NCBI RefSeq assembly: GCF_041146345.1
Contig: NW_027191406.1
Coordinates: forward strand, 806,001 to 870,000
Direction of reading: 5' to 3'
DNA: 64,000 bases
Source of the DNA: Neodothiora populina
Lineage: Eukaryota
Shown piece after piece: positions 38,876 to 51,162 of the stretch. The first letter of the stretch is position 1. Each line of letters starts with the position of its first letter. Below the pieces are notes generated by a model, which saw nothing but the letters and a program-made list of their open reading frames with translations, searched no databases and was not told the origin of the DNA. A program made the position numbers and the translations under genes.

Positions 38876-40033
38876 ATGCACACACATCGCGGTGGTCTGG
38901 TATGGCCCAAGTCTATCGCGGAGGATCTATATACCCATACACCCTCTGCGGCCTCGCGCGACAATATCTTTTTGAGGACGTGGAATATTTTCCATGTACC
39001 TCCGCCTGATTTGTTGTTGTTATTATCGAGCATTTACATGGCGTAGGTTTCGGACGAGGATGCTTAGAACCGTGTGTATATTAGATTACATGCGGATCGC
39101 GATTGCACGCCGGGGATCTTTGTTATCCCTGCGTGGCTGGCACTAGTCCAGGAAACAGAGATACCACAAGGGGGGGAAAATGTGGTATCCTGAGTCTTCT
39201 TTTCTTCTCTTTTCATTTCGGTTAATGACGATGGGACGCGGGGGTGTTTATGGTAGCTCAGGTGTTTTTATTCTCCGTCATGAGTTCCTGTGAACTCGAA
39301 AGTCAATCAATTGCTCAAATGCGGCCGGGTCCGCTTGATTCATCCTCTTTCTGCCTTGCTTGCTCGTGTTGTCCTCTTATCTGGTTGTTTTTGCTTCTCA
39401 TTTCATGCATGTGCCAAGCACATGAACATTTGTAGCTTGGAAGATACATCGAATCCATAACAGAGTTAAGGCAAAGTAGAACAGACACGAAGCAGCATTG
39501 AGCCCGTCCTCGGTTGTCACTAGACATACTCCAATAACCTAGAGGTATGTGTCTAGCATATATACAATAATATATAAGCCTTGGTAAAGTAGGGTAAGGT
39601 ACTATTATTAGATCCCAGTCATAAGGAGGTACAGGTAAGGTACCCTCCCACATTCCCCCGCTTTCACGGGGCCTTGAGTCAGGTACTACTAGTAGATGAG
39701 GACGAGGTGGTATGGCTGAGTAAAATACTTCTTAGGAGGAGAACGAGAAGGCAGACAGGCAGGGTATAGATGGTTATATGCTTATACGAGATCAGGTAGA
39801 ATATGAGGCGCTGCATTCTTGAGATGTATTTGATTATCAGATGGGCGTCAATGGAAACGCTATCTACAGTATCTATCTAGTAACACAAGAAACGAACCAT
39901 TCAGGTGGGTTGGATCTGTATAAATGGTGTTGTAGTGATGGCAAGCAAGCAAGCACGCAAGCAGAGAAGCTGCCGAAGAGTAGGTGGGTATCAAAGCGAC
40001 GCCTCAAGACCGAGTTGCCTCCTTCCTCTGTCT

Positions 40034-41722
40034 CTACCTCGCCTCGATACCAAACAGCCTGCCCCTCCCCTCTCTGGCCCTGACAAGCAAATACCACAAA
40101 CAGCAAGCCCAGCAAAGCCCGACGCCCACCCAACTATGCGCCGGCATACGAAACTTACTCAGAACGGCAATCTGGAAGGCAGAGCGCGGCACACTCACGA
40201 AATTCGCCGTCAGGGGGCTCGTGGCTTTGATGAGCAGCAGCGTCGTGGTCGCGACGGCGAAATTGGCCAGGCTGCCGCAGAGGGCCAAGAACCAGAACCA
40301 GGGCACGTCGAGGAAATAGCAGTTTCGGCGGATCTGCCTGAGCTCGCCGGAGAGTAGCACGAGAGGGATCAGGAAGGCGATTGTCAGGATCGAGGTGTAG
40401 TGTAGGGTGCGCCAGTAGGCGCGGGTTTCTTCTTTCGTGCCTGTGCTGACGGAGGTGTTGTCGGGCGAGGAGAGGTCGTTGTTGGTGTTGTTGTTGCTGC
40501 TGCTGTTCAGGGTGTCGTCTGTGACTACTAGGATGTCGCCCTGGGGGACGAGGTCGGAGACTAGTTGGCGGTAGGAGCGTAGCAGAGCGATGGGGTAGAG
40601 GGCGGCGAACAAGGAAGAGAAAATGCCTGCGAGGACGGATTCGTAGCTGACGCGCTCGCCGGGTCTGATGACTGCCATGAGGAGATTCAGGGTTGCGGCG
40701 AGCGTGGCAGACAGGGTCTGAACAGAGTGGTTCTGTCGTAGGAGAACGCTGGTCAATATGAGGGACAGCGGGATGATGAGAATGCGCGACAGCATGTACA
40801 TGGGCAGGACAGCGTAGGCGTAGGAGATGTTGCTCAGAATGATCCTGAAAGTAAAGATGATGGCTACCGGGAGGACGTGTCGCACCGCCTGAGTCTGCCA
40901 TTCGAACAGACCTCCGCCCGATATGCCGCCCGAGCCGTGAGTGAACCATCGCACGATATTCGTCCACGCCGACTTGTGTCGTGATCCGCCTCTGTATCTT
41001 GTGCCTCGAGTGCCTTTCGAGTAAGCCTGCGGCGGCGCGACTATGCACCCCAAGCCGACTTTGTTCAGCGGCGCCTGCAGTCCACGTGTCAGACTGGCGA
41101 GAGCCAGAAGGAGCAAGTGCGTGATGCTCAGTTGGATCAGAGTCATGGTCAACGGGTAGGGAAACTTGTACGTTCCAGTCCAGAAGATGAACCTATTCAT
41201 CAACAACAGACCAAGCTGACAGCCTCCCACCCAAAACACCAGCAGTCCCAGGTATAGCCTCCAACCGACAGCTGTGCCGTAGAAGAACCTCCCTAACCCC
41301 CCTCTTTTCAGCACTTCTTGCGCAGAGAATCTCCCACGGCTGACCTGCGACGATGCAACGAGGGGCCTGCCCTGGTCTCCGTCTCCTGTGTCGTAGTCCT
41401 CGTCATCTTCCGATTGAGCTGCGCTTCTGACTCTGGTAAGAGGAGACGGCGAGGGAGACGGTGATATGTCGACGAGTGGAATCGCAGCAGATGACTCTGT
41501 CGAGGCGTGGGGAGTCAGATACGACGTTCGCGGCACCTCGTCTTCGTCCATTGTGCCTCCTCCCTTGATCCCTGCCCGGCCAGCCTCCGTGTCTGAATCG
41601 TCGAGAGACAAGCTCCTGCGGCGGCCAGTGAAGTTGATTTGGTTGTTGGAAAGGGCGGATCCTAGGTAGTGGGCGGCTGGCTTGAAGAACCCTTTTGATG
41701 CAAATGGGCTTGGGCGATTCAT
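40034..41722 (-). CDS. Nucleotide-sugar transporter (TPT/SLC35-like)
   Basis: 562-aa multi-TM ORF with KFPYPLTMTLIQL, LSNISYAY and LLIKATSPLT, typical of TPT-family transporters. Confidence 0.75.
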   Translation of the reverse strand: MNRPSPFASKGFFKPAAHYLGSALSNNQINFTGRRRSLSLDDSDTEAGRAGIKGGGTMDEDEVPRTSYLTPHASTESSAAIPLVDISPSPSPSPLTRVRSAAQSEDDEDYDTGDGDQGRPLVASSQVSRGRFSAQEVLKRGGLGRFFYGTAVGWRLYLGLLVFWVGGCQLGLLLMNRFIFWTGTYKFPYPLTMTLIQLSITHLLLLALASLTRGLQAPLNKVGLGCIVAPPQAYSKGTRGTRYRGGSRHKSAWTNIVRWFTHGSGGISGGGLFEWQTQAVRHVLPVAIIFTFRIILSNISYAYAVLPMYMLSRILIIPLSLILTSVLLRQNHSVQTLSATLAATLNLLMAVIRPGERVSYESVLAGIFSSLFAALYPIALLRSYRQLVSDLVPQGDILVVTDDTLNSSSNNNTNNDLSSPDNTSVSTGTKEETRAYWRTLHYTSILTIAFLIPLVLLSGELRQIRRNCYFLDVPWFWFLALCGSLANFAVATTTLLLIKATSPLTANFVSVPRSAFQIAVLSKFRMPAHSWVGVGLCWACCLWYLLVRAREGRGRLFGIEAR

Positions 41723-42586
41723 GAGTGTTTGTTCGTCATTACAATTATGTTGATGTCAATGCAAAGGCTACCGAAATTCAAGTTGTTATTCTATCGTGCA
41801 GACAGTCGTCCTCTTATTCAGTATCTCGAAAAAAAAAATAAGGGTTGTGAACGAGGTAGATCCAAATTTCCATGCGTACGCAACACAGAGTGTTTATATA
41901 TAAAAGTAAAACAACGACTTTTTGGAGATTGTTACAGCTTCAATCCCTGCAGGGTCTCGAGCTACTCCGTATTGATATAGTAGATAAGGTAGCTCTACCC
42001 TAACAATAATGTGCTGGACAACACCGTTCTTGAATCCTGCCTTGCCGCTACTCACCGCCTCGTTGCATAGCGAGAAGGGTGAGAATCGAGCAAGTAGAGC
42101 GATGGATTTTCCTCTTATCATCTTGACTGGCTACCTTGCAGTACAATCCACCTAGGTAGGCTACCTCCAATTGAGGTGTCTAGATATACCCTTAGGATTA
42201 ATTCAAGGTGCCCTAGCTACAGTGCCCTACTGCTTGCTGTAATTGCTATAAGTACAGGTACTACAGTATCCTGAACATGACTAAGGGATCTCAAGTTCCA
42301 CTTGCTACACCGAGTCGTCTGCTGCGCTACCAGCGGTACTCGAACTAAGCCGTCGGCTTTGGATCTGTACTACGTGCTTGGCGCCTCGTTCTATCAACGA
42401 CCGGGGTTCACAGGTGCAGTATGCTCGACCTGATGTATTGCAGATTGTACCAGATATCCAAGAGCCAGTTAGTGATAATCCAATAGGCGAGACGACCAGT
42501 GCAAGTTGTACATCATAAGGCTTGCCCCAAAGTGCTCCTTTAATCTCATTTCATCGGTCTCTCATGCTCTATCACTGGCGTGGCGA

Positions 42587-44011
42587 ATGAGAATACACTT
42601 TGGACTCTTGCGACAAAGACAGCATGACTTGACTCGTCTACTCGCTATCAGCCCATCAAGGCAACATGTTCCAGGTAGACAACGCCACTTCTCCACCTTT
42701 GTCACTGCATCCGCGACTTCTTCCTTGTCGTCTGCATCCCAAGACATAGAGTCATCATATCCAATCACCATGGCGGAGCAAGTGTCCCGATCCGGGCGCA
42801 GTGCTGAGCCTCCGAAACCAATCCTTAATCAGACTGAGATGAGAACACTACTCAATTACCTGCATCTATCATCATCCTCGGAAGGCGAATCGACCAACGT
42901 CGACCAAAGCCAAGTCGTGGAAGCCAAGAAGAAACCTGCGGTCGTCTTTCTCTGCATTGATCTCGAGGCATATGAGTTCGCACAAGACAAGATCACCGAG
43001 ATCGGAGTAGCTGTCTTGGACACACGTGAGATAATCGATACTGAGCCAGGTGAAGCATCTTCTTCGTGGCTCTCAAAGATTAAGACTCGCCACCTGAGAG
43101 TCGAGGAGTACAAGAGGCTTGTGAACAAGAAGTGGATCCCTGGATGTCCCGACAAGTTCAACTTTGGCCTTTCTGAATTTGTTCCTCTGCAAAATGTGCA
43201 TTCTGTATTGACAGACATCTTCAAACACCCCGATGGCGATCAATCGTCAGTCACAGAGAAGCGCAAGATTGTACTTGTAGGGCACGGTCTGAAGAACGAC
43301 ACCGACTACTTGAAACTTCTTGGCTTCTCGCCGCCGATAGCAGACAACATCATACGCCACCTTGACACCCAGAACCTGTGTGGCTCTACGAAGAAGAATA
43401 CGACAGGCCTGGAGCGTCTCATTCGTGGACTTGGTTTGGAACCTACTAATTTACATAATGCCGGCAACGATGCTGCCTATACTCTCCAGGCACTGATCAT
43501 GATGGCCGTCCAGCACACACTCGAGCCTGAAGCCTATCTTCAAGCGATTCGAGATGTTGTTATGCCTGAGACAATGAAGCAAAGGCTTCGCAGAGAAGCT
43601 GCAGCTAGAAAAGCCGTCAGGATAGAAAGGGAGAAGGCAGCGGTAGGCAAGAACCCCCAAGCTGCTTTGCAGGCCACTGGAGCTCATCAGTCCACGAGCA
43701 ACCAAGATGGAAAGAACCGCGGTGAACGTGATGTCCCTCGCACAGGGAGTAATCAACACGCACGTCAACATCCTGGGAACTGGAAGCAGCGCACGCCGAG
43801 ACCGCATAATTCCGAGGGACGTGGTCCCACCCCTAGACGCATGTACACGCGACCTTGCGCAGAGCCGTCTCCTGGTCAACAGCCTGTCGAGGGCCACCGC
43901 CCATACAGGCCCATGACTACGAGAACACAGCCAATAAATAGACAGCCAGCGGGCCGGGGGCAGCCAAATACAGATTCAGATCATGCACTGCCTACTCACG
44001 ATGTACCTTAG
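42587..44011 (+). CDS. DEDDh-type exonuclease of the Gfd2/YDR514C (QIP-like) family
   Basis: Exo I (FLCIDLEAYE...ITEIG), Exo II (LVGHGLKND) and Exo III (LHNAGNDAAYTLQAL). In-frame ATGs at 42587 and 42770. Confidence 0.8.
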   Translation: MRIHFGLLRQRQHDLTRLLAISPSRQHVPGRQRHFSTFVTASATSSLSSASQDIESSYPITMAEQVSRSGRSAEPPKPILNQTEMRTLLNYLHLSSSSEGESTNVDQSQVVEAKKKPAVVFLCIDLEAYEFAQDKITEIGVAVLDTREIIDTEPGEASSSWLSKIKTRHLRVEEYKRLVNKKWIPGCPDKFNFGLSEFVPLQNVHSVLTDIFKHPDGDQSSVTEKRKIVLVGHGLKNDTDYLKLLGFSPPIADNIIRHLDTQNLCGSTKKNTTGLERLIRGLGLEPTNLHNAGNDAAYTLQALIMMAVQHTLEPEAYLQAIRDVVMPETMKQRLRREAAARKAVRIEREKAAVGKNPQAALQATGAHQSTSNQDGKNRGERDVPRTGSNQHARQHPGNWKQRTPRPHNSEGRGPTPRRMYTRPCAEPSPGQQPVEGHRPYRPMTTRTQPINRQPAGRGQPNTDSDHALPTHDVP

Positions 44012-44754
44012 CGAAAGGGACATCGTCCCGGAATTGCACCTCCTGAGAATGAAGCACAATAGCGTAGTACGATCGCGATCAATGCAACAATTATCCCGGG
44101 CGGATCGTGCGCGCAGCTCCTCCCCATATCTATCTCCGAGTCAGCGAACAGTGGCCGATTTGCCCGCCGTAGGGGTCTATTGATCTTCTGGGGACACCCA
44201 CCTAGGAGCGTTCCCCGCCTGGTCTTTAAGAACATAACGAGACTGTTCCTCCGGCCAGCGACATCGTCATGCGTGACACCAACAAGTATACCATAGAGTC
44301 CTCTACTCGGTATGGAATACCACTTACGCTGTAGAAGCGATACCAGTAGGGCTTGCGACGAGATCACAACAGAATACCTCGAGCTTGATCTGTCCGACAA
44401 GCCACCCTCTCGGATCTGCTCATCCAAAGTTCAGCAAGACTACCATTCGAGTTGGGACGAAAATGACCAGACTTCGAACGCGATCTTCGAAGGTGAAATA
44501 TAAGTAATAGAGCACTTTGTTGTACATAGCATTCTAGCACAAAATATCAAGACAACATGATTACTGCTGAGGTCACTAGTCACACTCATACCTCAGACTA
44601 TCGTCCTTTTACCAAGCGCTATGAAGCCTCGTAATCTGTGAAGAGACACAAGCCCAACACAAAAAGCAAGCCTACCACCACAGCAAGGCAAAATATCTAT
44701 TGTGCATAGACACACAGATATAACTATCCAGCAGATCGAGGGATAGCTGAGCGG

Positions 44755-44762
44755 AAAAAAAA
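44755..44762 (-). terminator. Pol III oligo-T terminator of the tRNA-Pro gene
   Basis: T-run of about 8 on the minus strand, about 12 nt after the tRNA 3' end. Confidence 0.6.
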
Positions 44763-44774
44763 TGCAAAGGAACA

Positions 44775-44864
44775 GGCTCCAACCGCGATTCGAACGCGGG
44801 ACCTCACGCAATTTGAACTCAGGGTAAGCCCTAAGCGTGAATCATACCCCTAGACCATCGGAGC
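44775..44864 (-). tRNA. tRNA-Pro (AGG) with 18-nt intron (44811-44828)
   Basis: Minus strand reads GCTCCGATGGTCTAGGGGTATGATTCACGCTT-AGG-G[intron]TGCGTGAGGTCCCGCGTTCGAATCGCGGTTGGAGCC. The acceptor, anticodon and T stems all pair, and the intron sits one base 3' of the anticodon. Confidence 0.95.
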
Positions 44865-45203
44865 TTGCAACAATCTGTTTTACAGGCTATTGATGCAAGG
44901 TGGAAGAGCTTGTGCGTATATATTTCTCTAGCGTTGGGTCCTGCAAGAATTGATCAAGGGACGGCGTTAGATGGGCGGGTGAACGGGACGATCTTCCATG
45001 GCAGTACGGAGTCGATTGGAGAATGGTCAAGGCATGTGTTCGAATCATTTCAATCCTAAAGGAACACCAAAAGTCTCCCAAACAATGCTATAGAGTGTCA
45101 ATGATAAGATACTCGGTGAATAATCACAGGTCGAACCAAAAAGCATAATTAGTGGCGGACTTCATGTACAGATCCGGACGAGATAGCCCCCTTTTATCAC
45201 ATG

Positions 45204-45209
45204 CCTCGG
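45204..45209. promoter_or_regulatory. CCTCGG FarA/FarB (CTF1-type) fatty-acid induction motif upstream of PEX11
   Basis: Exact CCTCGG about 345 bp before the PEX11 ATG. Confidence 0.4.
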
Positions 45210-45550
45210 CCTTTGGTCATGTCAAAACACCGATCCCTCATGTGCTCGGGGAGGGGCTGATACGATAAGGTGAGGTTGTACGGTAAAAGCACAATAAGAG
45301 GCAAAGTGACGCTCTCCCCCCACTAAGCCGGGGTAAAGGGTCGAGATTGTGGCCCAGTTTTAGGTAAGGTCACTCGCAAATCATAAGCATTCGATAATAA
45401 CGAGGAGAGCAGAATTGTAGTTGAACCTTTTGTTCTTGTTTCATCCCTAATAACTGCACCTTCCACCCTCGTACACTTTTTTTTTCCGTCCATCAATCAA
45501 CATCCAAGACGAAGCTTTACAATAGTCAAAGCGAAGAGATACTCGACACA

Positions 45551-46383
45551 ATGGTTGCCGACGCGCTTATCTACCACCCTGCCGTCACGCATTACAACAA
45601 ATATGTCGCGACGACCCGTAAGTCCATGCCTACCTACAACAAAACCCGCGCGCGCGCCACGATGAGCTGATCAACATGTCCGTCGCCCAGTCGGTCGCGA
45701 CAAGGTGCTCCGTCTAGTGCAGTACTTTTCGCGATTCCTGTCATGGTACCTGCTGCGCACAAATGCGACGCAGGCGACGGTGACGCAGTTCGCCAAACTC
45801 AAGGCCAACCTCGGCCTCGTGCGAAAGGCCATGCGCATCGGCAAGTTCGTCGAGCACTTCAAGGCCGCCGCCACGGCCTACGATGCCAGATCCGTTGATC
45901 CCTTCGTGCGCTTCTTCACCGCTGGCAGACAGCTGGGCTACGCGGGCTACATGAGCTGCGACACGTTGACTTATCTCGATGCTGCGGGTGTGCGGCCGAG
46001 TCTGGCGGCTAAGAGGTTGCAGAGAGAGGCATACAAGTTCTGGCTTGCTGGGTTGAGCTTCAGTGTCTGTAATGGCCTTTATGCCCTTTATCAGAGCAGA
46101 CAGCAGGTCGCTTCCCAGTCGGACGATGCGGAGAAGACGATTGAGATCAAGGCGGTTCAGAAGTATGTGCTTGTCACACGATTACGGGTCTCGACGCAAA
46201 CCTAACAACTCTCACTCCAGGCTCCAATCTCAAACCCAGGTTCAGCTGGTCTCTGACCTGTGCGATCTGACTATTCCGCTCTCGGCTCTCGGTTACGTCA
46301 GCCTCGACGATGGTATTGTCGGTCTCGCTGGCTCACTCAGCAGTTTGCTTGGAGTCTTGAGCCAGTGGTCCAAGACCGCTTAG
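45551..46383 (+). CDS. PEX11: Peroxin 11, 3 exons
   Basis: MVADALIYHPAVTHYNKYVATT|LGRDKVLRLVQYFSRF...RKAMRIGKFVEH...SDLCDLTIP...DDGIVGLAG...QWSKTA, with introns 45618-45690 and 46163-46220. Confidence 0.93.
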
Positions 46384-49123
46384 GAGATGATGATGACGTT
46401 GAAGATTAAGAAGAATTATACTCTGGTGTTGCTCGTGCGTGAGTGTTTCCTATCGCAATACTGTACAGTTTCCTATATCCAATGTTATGCTGCAAAGGCA
46501 ATTTTCTACCAGGACACTTTTCGTGATTTCGTCAATGTCAAGCTCCTTGTTTTGACCTTCCATTCACTTGACCCTTCGCTATAACCCAGGGTACATATAT
46601 TCTGGGGCCTAGCAAGGCCTAGAGATGTCCTTTACTATACTCTGTGTCATCATCGACGTGTCGTCGATTCCATGTCATGGCGAGTCGGATTGGTCGCGTG
46701 TCAGCATTCCCGGTGAAAATCATCCGAGAAGTGTGTCGAAGTCAACTTCAATTTTTGCCATGTACACAACTCAACGCACTTTCTGCCCAAGAAAAGTCCG
46801 ATTGCGACGAAAAGACCGCCTAGCATGGACGTAGATTCCCACTTAAATACTCAAAACTCGGCACCTGAGACTTGAAGGCATTGCTCAGACGATAATTGTG
46901 AGGTCGATCATAGTAATGACCATCAATGAACAGGGTCGCCCTCAGGACGGGCCGCCTTCGGCTAAGATGCTCACGAAGCCATCGCTCTCCATCGTCTGCA
47001 ATAACGTCGCAGAGCAATTTCTCCAAGTGGGACAAAAGCATCCACGATCTCGGAACTCATTTCAAGCTACAAGTCATTTACTCCCCGTCATCGCTCTATA
47101 GCCCTCAAGTCCAGCTACGCGACGTCTCGACGAAGGGCATGCAGTGGTGATTTCACAGCACCTGGTCTGTTGACTATCAAACCTAAAGTGGTGCGACCGA
47201 CTTCGGGGCAGGTCTTGAGCGTTGTATTGTTCGCGTCGCTTGGTGTTTGAGCGTATGTGAAGATTACTTCATACACGCGAAAAAGTAGTGGCAAAGGTGG
47301 TATCGCAGGACGTGAGAACAATGTTTAGTTGTATAAGGCAGCGACTCGAGCTAGGCCTATCTGGATAAGCAACGACCTACTGTAAGGCGCATCGGTCCAA
47401 GGGAAGGCCACCAACAACGACAGGGTTTTCCAGAACCTCCGTACGTTCACCTCGGATATCTAGGGGAATAACGTACGTTTTTACCACACGCAGCGGTCCG
47501 GCTAGGGCGTAGGAAGAATGATCCGATCAAGGAAAAGGTGAGGCTTTTGTGGATCACAGCAGGGACTAAAAGCGCGCTATGGACGGGAGTGGCACATTAT
47601 AGTGACCTGTCCGAGGAGTCTCATGGTCGTAATTCGTTCCTACGCGCTCGACAGGAGTTCCCCCGTGTAGTCCGTAGTATCGTGTCTGTTCTGTTCCCTG
47701 GATCATTGTGACAGGAGATCGGAGATATATTCGGTCGTATACAAGTATGATGCTGATGCTAGAGGTTAGGCTTCTTTAAGCGAGCAGGCGATCTCGAAGT
47801 CTTGGCCATGGTCGTGTGTATTTCATCGAAGATATCTTCCTCGTTGTTGCTTGGTACTCTTCGCTTTTCGCTCTGATCATACAATAGCACGGCGGCATTA
47901 GTCTGCATTACAATGAAATACAGGATCAATGGTATTGTCGAAACGCCACAATACACACGTTCTTGTTGTCTTGTAAAAATCTTGTGGTCGTTGCCATAAG
48001 CTGTCTCGTCTGACTCGATGAACAGGGCTCGGATACGCCCGGCGCTAAAATCGCTTGCGCTCGAAACCGAGAAAAAATGCTTCCAGCCGCGAACAATACT
48101 GGTCCGCTACATCGCCTCGACTTGCGAGTCCCGATTGCAATGACTGCGAGCTATATGCGAAGTCAGACTCAAACAGGTCTACTCTATGCATGATCATCAT
48201 CTCAACCTAGAATCGCATACGATGAACGCCAACTCGTGGCGCCCGATATGCTTGGGTTGGCCAGGCTGAGACACCAGTCTACCAGACAAGTCACAATGGA
48301 TCGAGATGCAGGATGATCTGACCGTCCCAGGTGCAGACACTCGCTATCTCATATTCCCATACCAGCGGGGGAGTCACAAAACTCGGACCCAAATCGAACT
48401 ATAGCAAATGATCACGGAGGAACATCATCTGAGCGTAAGCGTAGCAAGACCAACGACGAGTATTCACGATAAGTACACTGTACACATCACCGTCATCCAA
48501 CAGAGTCTCCTGCTTTTTTTTCCTCTTCCATCTTCCATATTCCACCACGAAGGATTCATATTTCCGACGACGGGAACAAGAGCAAAGGAAAATAACTTTC
48601 GTCACGCGAGGGCAATAAACAACATAAACGTTACATGTAGTAGCCCAATGTAGGTTTTCAGGATTATTCTTGGCATCGAATGCCGTGATGGTTCGAAACG
48701 CATTGATCACTTTCTGGCTTTCGCGCATCACCACCGACAATACATCAGAGATATGTCCGAGATATACACCTTCAGTGGCATATCATTAACAACCAAAGTA
48801 TCTCAAAGAACGAAGAGGCGTCGTGTACTTCGTAACGATAATCTGGACAGTGCGCGTCATAAGACGAGCAGGGGATATGTTTCACGATGGAACCGGTCCA
48901 ATGCAACATGCGGGTTCGAGGCGTTTTTCTATATATATGTCCACCCCGTTACATGTTACGCTTGGATATCCCATACTATTCCCTGGATGTTATAGAGAGG
49001 CAAACCCAAGGCCCATAATCAAAGATCATTTAATATTTCGAACTGCAATCCAGTGGTCAACGTCAACGACAGACAAACATATCTTTCATAAATCCTTAGT
49101 GATTTGATTCAACTACCACCACA

Positions 49124-51056
49124 ATGTCGACGAGCAACAGCTCAACAAGCACGCTAGGCCATGGCGAGGCCAAAGACGATGCCCGCGAACCGTCTGAGCC
49201 GAAACTAGACCAAAACACCCTCAACAGAGTACTCAGTGATCCAACGAACTTGCCTTACCAAACATTGTCCGACAATGCAGACATGGCAGAGTACACGCAA
49301 GAAACCGCAACAGGTACACGACTCCACGAGACCTTTTCCCATGTGTCAGGAAAGATGGAAAAGTATGAGCTAGTAACGTTCACGGAGAACGATCCCGAGA
49401 ACCCGAAAAATTGGAGCAAAGCATACAAGTGGTATTGTACCATGGTCGTCGCCTGTACCTGTTTTGTCGTTGCCTTCAACTCAGGTGTTATCACTGCCGA
49501 TCTGCCCGGAGTCGAGAAGACATTTGGAGTCAGCGAGGAGGTGGCCCTACTCACAATCACCGTGTTTGTGATAGGATTTGGCGTCGGACCCATGGCCTTT
49601 GCGCCCTTCAGTGAAACGTATGGCAGGAAACCGGTCTATGCGAGCACATTGCTTGTCGCAGTCATCTTCATCATTCCATGTGCCGTCGCTCAGAACATCG
49701 GAACACTCATCGTGTGTCGACTCATCGATGGCATAGCCTTCAGTGGTCCTATGGTTTTGGTCGGTGGAACACTTGCGGATCTGTGGAAGGCCGAAGAGCG
49801 GGGCATTCCTATGGCTGCGTTCTCTGCTGCACCATTCATCGGACCCGCAATCGGACCCCTTGTAGGCGGCTATCTGTCTGAAGCCGTGGGCTGGAGATGG
49901 CTTTACTGGATCCAACTCATCCTCTCGGGCTTTGCATACTGTGTGCTCGTCCTCACCGTTCCCGAGACCTATGCTCCGACGATCCTAGCTCGTAGGGCAA
50001 AGAAGATGAGGAAGGAGACCGGCGACGACAAGTACAAGAGCGAGATCGATCTCGACACGCGACCGGCCATGGAGAGGATGAAGATATTCGTTCTACGACC
50101 GTTCCAACTTCTCTTTGGCGAGCTCATTGTTTTCTTGATTTCCTTGTACATGTCCGTCATCTATGGTCTGCTGTACATGTTCTTTATTGCGTGAGTTTTT
50201 ATAAGCTGTGTTTCTATGGAGTTCAAGCTGACGATTTCTGCAGTTTCCCTATCGTGTACCAGGAGGGCAAGGGGTACTCTGCAGGAAAGACTGGTCTGAT
50301 GTTCATTCCTTTGGCTATCGGCGTTATTGCGAGTGCAGCATGCTCCCCTTTGATCAATATGGACTACATGCGCAGAGTGAGGAAGTATGGCGGCAAGCCC
50401 CCGGCTGAAGAGAGAATGGTTCCCATGATGTACTCGTGCTGGTGAGTAGAATGTGATGATACGGCAGCGCTTCGAACGACGGACTGACTCTGAATAGGTT
50501 CATTACTATTGGCATGTTCATATTCGCATGGAGCTCGTACCCTCATCTTTCCTGGTGGGGACCTGCAATGGGAGGCTTCTGTGTAAGTATACGCTAAGCA
50601 GAACAAGCCACGATTCGCCTCACTGACACATCATCCAGGTCGGATTCGGTTTCATCTTCTTGTACAACAGTGCTAACAACTATCTCGGTGAGTGATTTCT
50701 CATGCTTCTCTGTCTGGCTTCACTAACAAGGAAACAGTCGACTCCTACCAGCATCTCGCTGCATCAGCACTGGCCGCGAAAACCTGCATCCGTTCATTCT
50801 GGGGAGCCGGCGTTGTCCTATTCACAGAGCAGATGTGTAAGCAAACAGTCCTTTTTACATATGGCATAAGCTGACATGGATACTTCCAGATCATCGTCTC
50901 GGTTACCAATGGGCAGGAACGCTCATGGCGTTCATCGCTCTCGGATGCTGCCTTATTCCGTTCATCTTTTACTTCTTTGGTGCAAGAATCAGACAAAGAT
51001 CCAAGTACGCCTACGCAGGTGATGAGGAGAACAGTGTTGGCAAGGCGGTTCAGTAA
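49124..51056 (+). CDS. MFS drug:H+ antiporter (DHA1, Tpo1-like), multi-exon
   Basis: [44 protein letters not shown] and PETYAP motifs. 3' exons end with ...[22 protein letters not shown]. Confidence 0.9.
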
Positions 51057-51119
51057 GAGAAGCAGCGATGAGAGATTGAAAAGTGATGAGCCTCAGAAAG
51101 GTGGAAGATACAGTCATAA

Positions 51120-51162
51120 TGAAGAGAGAAGAAGAAGAAGAAGAAGAAGAAGGAGAAGAAGA
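51120..51162. repeat. (AGA)n purine microsatellite
   Basis: Run of gaa units just after the DHA1 stop. Confidence 0.85.
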
